A DNA stretch of 64,000 nt. Origin: Eledone cirrhosa. Its lineage: Eukaryota. The notes below the pieces were generated by a model, which did no database searches, was not told where the DNA came from, and was given only the letters and a program-made list of their open reading frames with translations. The stretch spans positions 620,001 to 684,000 of the forward strand of contig OZ024753.1 in the NCBI GenBank assembly GCA_964016885.1, given 5' to 3'. The position numbers and the translations under genes were made by a program. Each line of letters opens with the position of its first letter. Within the stretch, counting starts at the first letter, position 1. Positions 63,558 to 64,000 of the stretch are shown here, piece by piece.

Positions 63558-64000
63558 GCTTAGGTCATGAAAAATGCACCCAGTATGTCCTGTAAAGTGG
63601 TTTACGATAGGAAGGGCACCCAGCTGTAGAAAACTTGCCAAACAGATGATCAAAAGTACTGTGTCAAAGGCATGACAATATTCTTAGTGTTGGTTCCAAA
63701 ATAAAAGGAACCCAGTTCACCCTGTGTAGTGTGGGAATATATGTAAAAGAGATGCAGCCCCAGGTCCATACGAGAGATTAGTAGCCCTGATTAAGGTCTG
63801 CAATAACCTATCCAACACTTGCTATCAGTGAAAATGTCCATTAAATAATAATAATGATGATGATATGTATGCGTGTGTATCTGTAAGTGTGTATATGTGT
63901 ATCTATATATATATATGTATGTATACAAATGTGAGGAATCAAAACATATCAATTATGTCTGATTTTTGTGCTTCTCAATAAAAAAGCTCAATAGACTTTG

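Overview
This is eukaryotic, AT-rich, repeat-saturated DNA. The SINE families and microsatellite density resemble octopod cephalopod genomes (inference). The window lies inside one minus-strand gene for a FRMD3/FRMD5-like FERM-domain protein. Six exons (42567-42645, 41414-41511, 32588-32708, 29548-29635, 29041-29129, 28008-28071) splice in frame, and none is in the ORF track. The conserved flanking exons were not found in the window. The introns hold ~30 copies of a tRNA-derived SINE, RTE/R4/CR1 LINE fragments, a DD37D (maT) transposon, an Hsmar2-like mariner relic, several MITE families and very long micro/minisatellites. Most notable: (i) minimal type-I hammerhead ribozyme motifs, two well formed and several decayed, one inside a sense/antisense palindrome; (ii) two acidic in-frame microexons; (iii) four small candidate exons that chain into an alternative N-terminus; (iv) a recursive-splice-site-like CAG|GTGAGT after a ~600-nt AG-free tract; (v) tandem arrays of decoy 5' and 3' splice sites. 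Exon coordinates were counted by hand and repeat boundaries are approximate.
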